This document shows positions 56,600-58,433 of a stretch of DNA of 58,433 nt, in pieces. Position 1 is the first letter of the stretch. Every line of letters starts with the position of its first letter. Source of the stretch: a virus (Duplodnaviria; Caudoviricetes); IMG/VR virus record IMGVR_UViG_3300025759_008281, positions 1-58,433 of that record; one strand, given 5' to 3'. A model generated the notes under the pieces. That model had not been told where the DNA came from. It saw only the letters and a list, made by a program, of their open reading frames with translations, and did not search any database. The translations under genes and the position numbers were made by a program.

Positions 56600-58423
56600 A
56601 TGGATACTGTAAAGATAATTGATACCCAACAGAAGTTTGCAAACAGTGTGTATCTTGATTTTATGTCAAAAAGATTTGGTATTACACCATGTTGTTCAAA
56701 AGATGTAGAATCTTCCCATATAAAAAAACAACTCTGTGATTGGCAAAGTTTAGATATCAAACTACCAGAAATTCTTACAATTACTTCAGAAGTATTTATT
56801 CCATCAACACCTCTTAATCCTTGCACAGATGCAAATGCACCATCATGGTGTGCAGATTGTTCTAATAACCCTCCTAATGCTGCACAACTAAATAAAGCAT
56901 TAGAAGAGATAGAAGCTACTTTAGAAGCACTAAACAAGGAAAAAGAAAGTTTAGAAAGTGATATTGAACAAGTAGAAGGAGATATAGAAATTAGACAAGC
57001 TGAAATAGATAATCTTACTACATTAATTAATCAATTAACACAAGAGATAGCTCAACATCAAGCAGAGCTTGCACAGCTTCAACAAACAGAGCAAGAAAAA
57101 CAACAAGAGTTAGATCTAAAACAAAAAGAGTATGATGTCAATTGTAATCCAACTGGACCAGAACCTTTCTGTTCAAATCTAGCTGCTGAAATAGATCAGT
57201 TAGCTTTAGAACTAAAAATATTAATAGATGACATACAGCTACTAGAAGAAACTATAGTTGAAAAAGAAGACTTAAAGCTAAAGTATGAGGACGCACTTCA
57301 ATTTCAGCAAGCTGAACTAGAAGAATTAGAAGCTGAACTTTCTAACTTACAAGAGGAGCTTGCTAACACAATAGCACAAATAGCTGCAAAGGAAGAAGAA
57401 AAAATATCTGTTGAAGCACAGTTTTGTGTTGATGATGCAGAATGCATTTTATTTGAAGTAGTTGATAGCAATGGAAATCCTATTAAAGATTTTGAATTAT
57501 ATATAGATAGGATTGGTACTGTATTAACAAATGGTGCTGGTCAATACAGACATACATTTTTTAATTCATCTGTAGATACAGAACATAGCTTACAATTATG
57601 TTATTGCTTTACAACTGCAGGAGCATGTAGGCAACAGAAAATTACACTTACTATAAAAGCAGATGAGGTTGAGGATTGTAAAGATGTAGTTCCATGTAAT
57701 ACAGTAACCATTACAGAGACTATTGTAGGAGAACAACCTGCACCAGAACCACCACCTCCAGGACCAACTCCATTAAACTGTCCTTTAGATGATTGTATAC
57801 AAATAGATGAACTTATATTTGATCAAACAGGTCTAGTTAAGTTTGCTATTAATTACAATGATATTGATGGATTTAAAGTTAGTAATGAAGAAGTAAACAC
57901 ATTTAATACTTCAGAATTTCAAGCTTCAGACTATAGGGCAAAAAGAGACGTATATCTTAAAACAATAAATGGGTATTCTATTGGTGTTTATCAAAATGGG
58001 GCAGATGCTAATGATACTTCAAGTATATCTTGTGAGCCTCTACAGATATTAAGTACAGGATCTAAATATGGGTTTACTAATTTAGCAAGTCCACAAGGAA
58101 TAAAAGCTGCACAATATGGAATTCCTTTTGAATTAATATATTTGGAACGAGTGCCTAATCTAGCTTCATTACCTCCTAGTGGTTCTCAAGGAGAGACTGT
58201 ATTTGTAGAAGATGAATTTGAATGGTATCACTGGGATCCAAATACAAACAGTTGGGTAACTGATTATACAGTTAATGGGATAAGCATTGATGCATATGCT
58301 TTATGGTCTAGATCTTGGAGAGATGCAACATTGAAAGCTTTAAATGAGTTTCAACTTGCTATAGATCCATTTAACTGGGCTAGTTTATATATACCTGATT
58401 TTCATTTAAATAAATATTTTTAA
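56600..58423 (+). CDS. Putative structural protein with a long acidic coiled coil
   Basis: N-terminal RFGITPCC, ~180-aa coil, Ig-like segment, Pro linker. Confidence 0.6.
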   Translation: MDTVKIIDTQQKFANSVYLDFMSKRFGITPCCSKDVESSHIKKQLCDWQSLDIKLPEILTITSEVFIPSTPLNPCTDANAPSWCADCSNNPPNAAQLNKALEEIEATLEALNKEKESLESDIEQVEGDIEIRQAEIDNLTTLINQLTQEIAQHQAELAQLQQTEQEKQQELDLKQKEYDVNCNPTGPEPFCSNLAAEIDQLALELKILIDDIQLLEETIVEKEDLKLKYEDALQFQQAELEELEAELSNLQEELANTIAQIAAKEEEKISVEAQFCVDDAECILFEVVDSNGNPIKDFELYIDRIGTVLTNGAGQYRHTFFNSSVDTEHSLQLCYCFTTAGACRQQKITLTIKADEVEDCKDVVPCNTVTITETIVGEQPAPEPPPPGPTPLNCPLDDCIQIDELIFDQTGLVKFAINYNDIDGFKVSNEEVNTFNTSEFQASDYRAKRDVYLKTINGYSIGVYQNGADANDTSSISCEPLQILSTGSKYGFTNLASPQGIKAAQYGIPFELIYLERVPNLASLPPSGSQGETVFVEDEFEWYHWDPNTNSWVTDYTVNGISIDAYALWSRSWRDATLKALNEFQLAIDPFNWASLYIPDFHLNKYF

Positions 58424-58433
58424 TTATGGATTT

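Noticed and set aside
34143-56937. Short - strand ORFs within structural genes (34143, 35163, 39914, 40616, 44941, 50160, 51908, 55444, 56590 and others)
   Set aside because: They are antisense shadows of the + strand late genes.
1-58433. Stop-codon reassignment, as seen in some crAss-like phages
   Set aside because: PolB, TerL, portal and capsid genes are full length in the standard code, and TAA, TAG and TGA all end genes.

Overview
A 58-kb segment of an AT-rich tailed dsDNA phage genome. It is most likely crAss-like (Crassvirales or close relative) with a Bacteroidota/Flavobacteriia host; this is inferred from gene content and order and from TAnnTTTG promoter motifs. Positions 1-1376 (+) hold the end of a tail-fibre gene and an acyl-CoA thioesterase. 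Positions ~1.5-32 kb (almost all - strand) hold replication, repair and early genes: PolB, primase, DnaB, Sak4-like ATPase, RusA-like resolvase, UDG, SF2 helicase, a radical-SAM spore-photoproduct-lyase-like gene, a MoxR/VWA cassette, ClpS and many small ORFs. Positions ~32.2-58.4 kb (+ strand) hold late genes: small basic proteins, tail fibre, amidase, HU/IHF, GroES, terminase, portal, major capsid protein and further virion genes. The standout unexplained element is an ~780-nt stretch at 29667-30455 with no credible ORF. It is packed with hairpins, has a GAAA tetraloop and a 10-bp long-range pairing, and is bounded by a promoter-like and a terminator-like signal, making it a candidate large structured phage ncRNA. 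A second, smaller structured element lies at ~31525-31675. The genome is strongly CpG-depleted. All product calls come from motifs recognised by eye; no searches were run.
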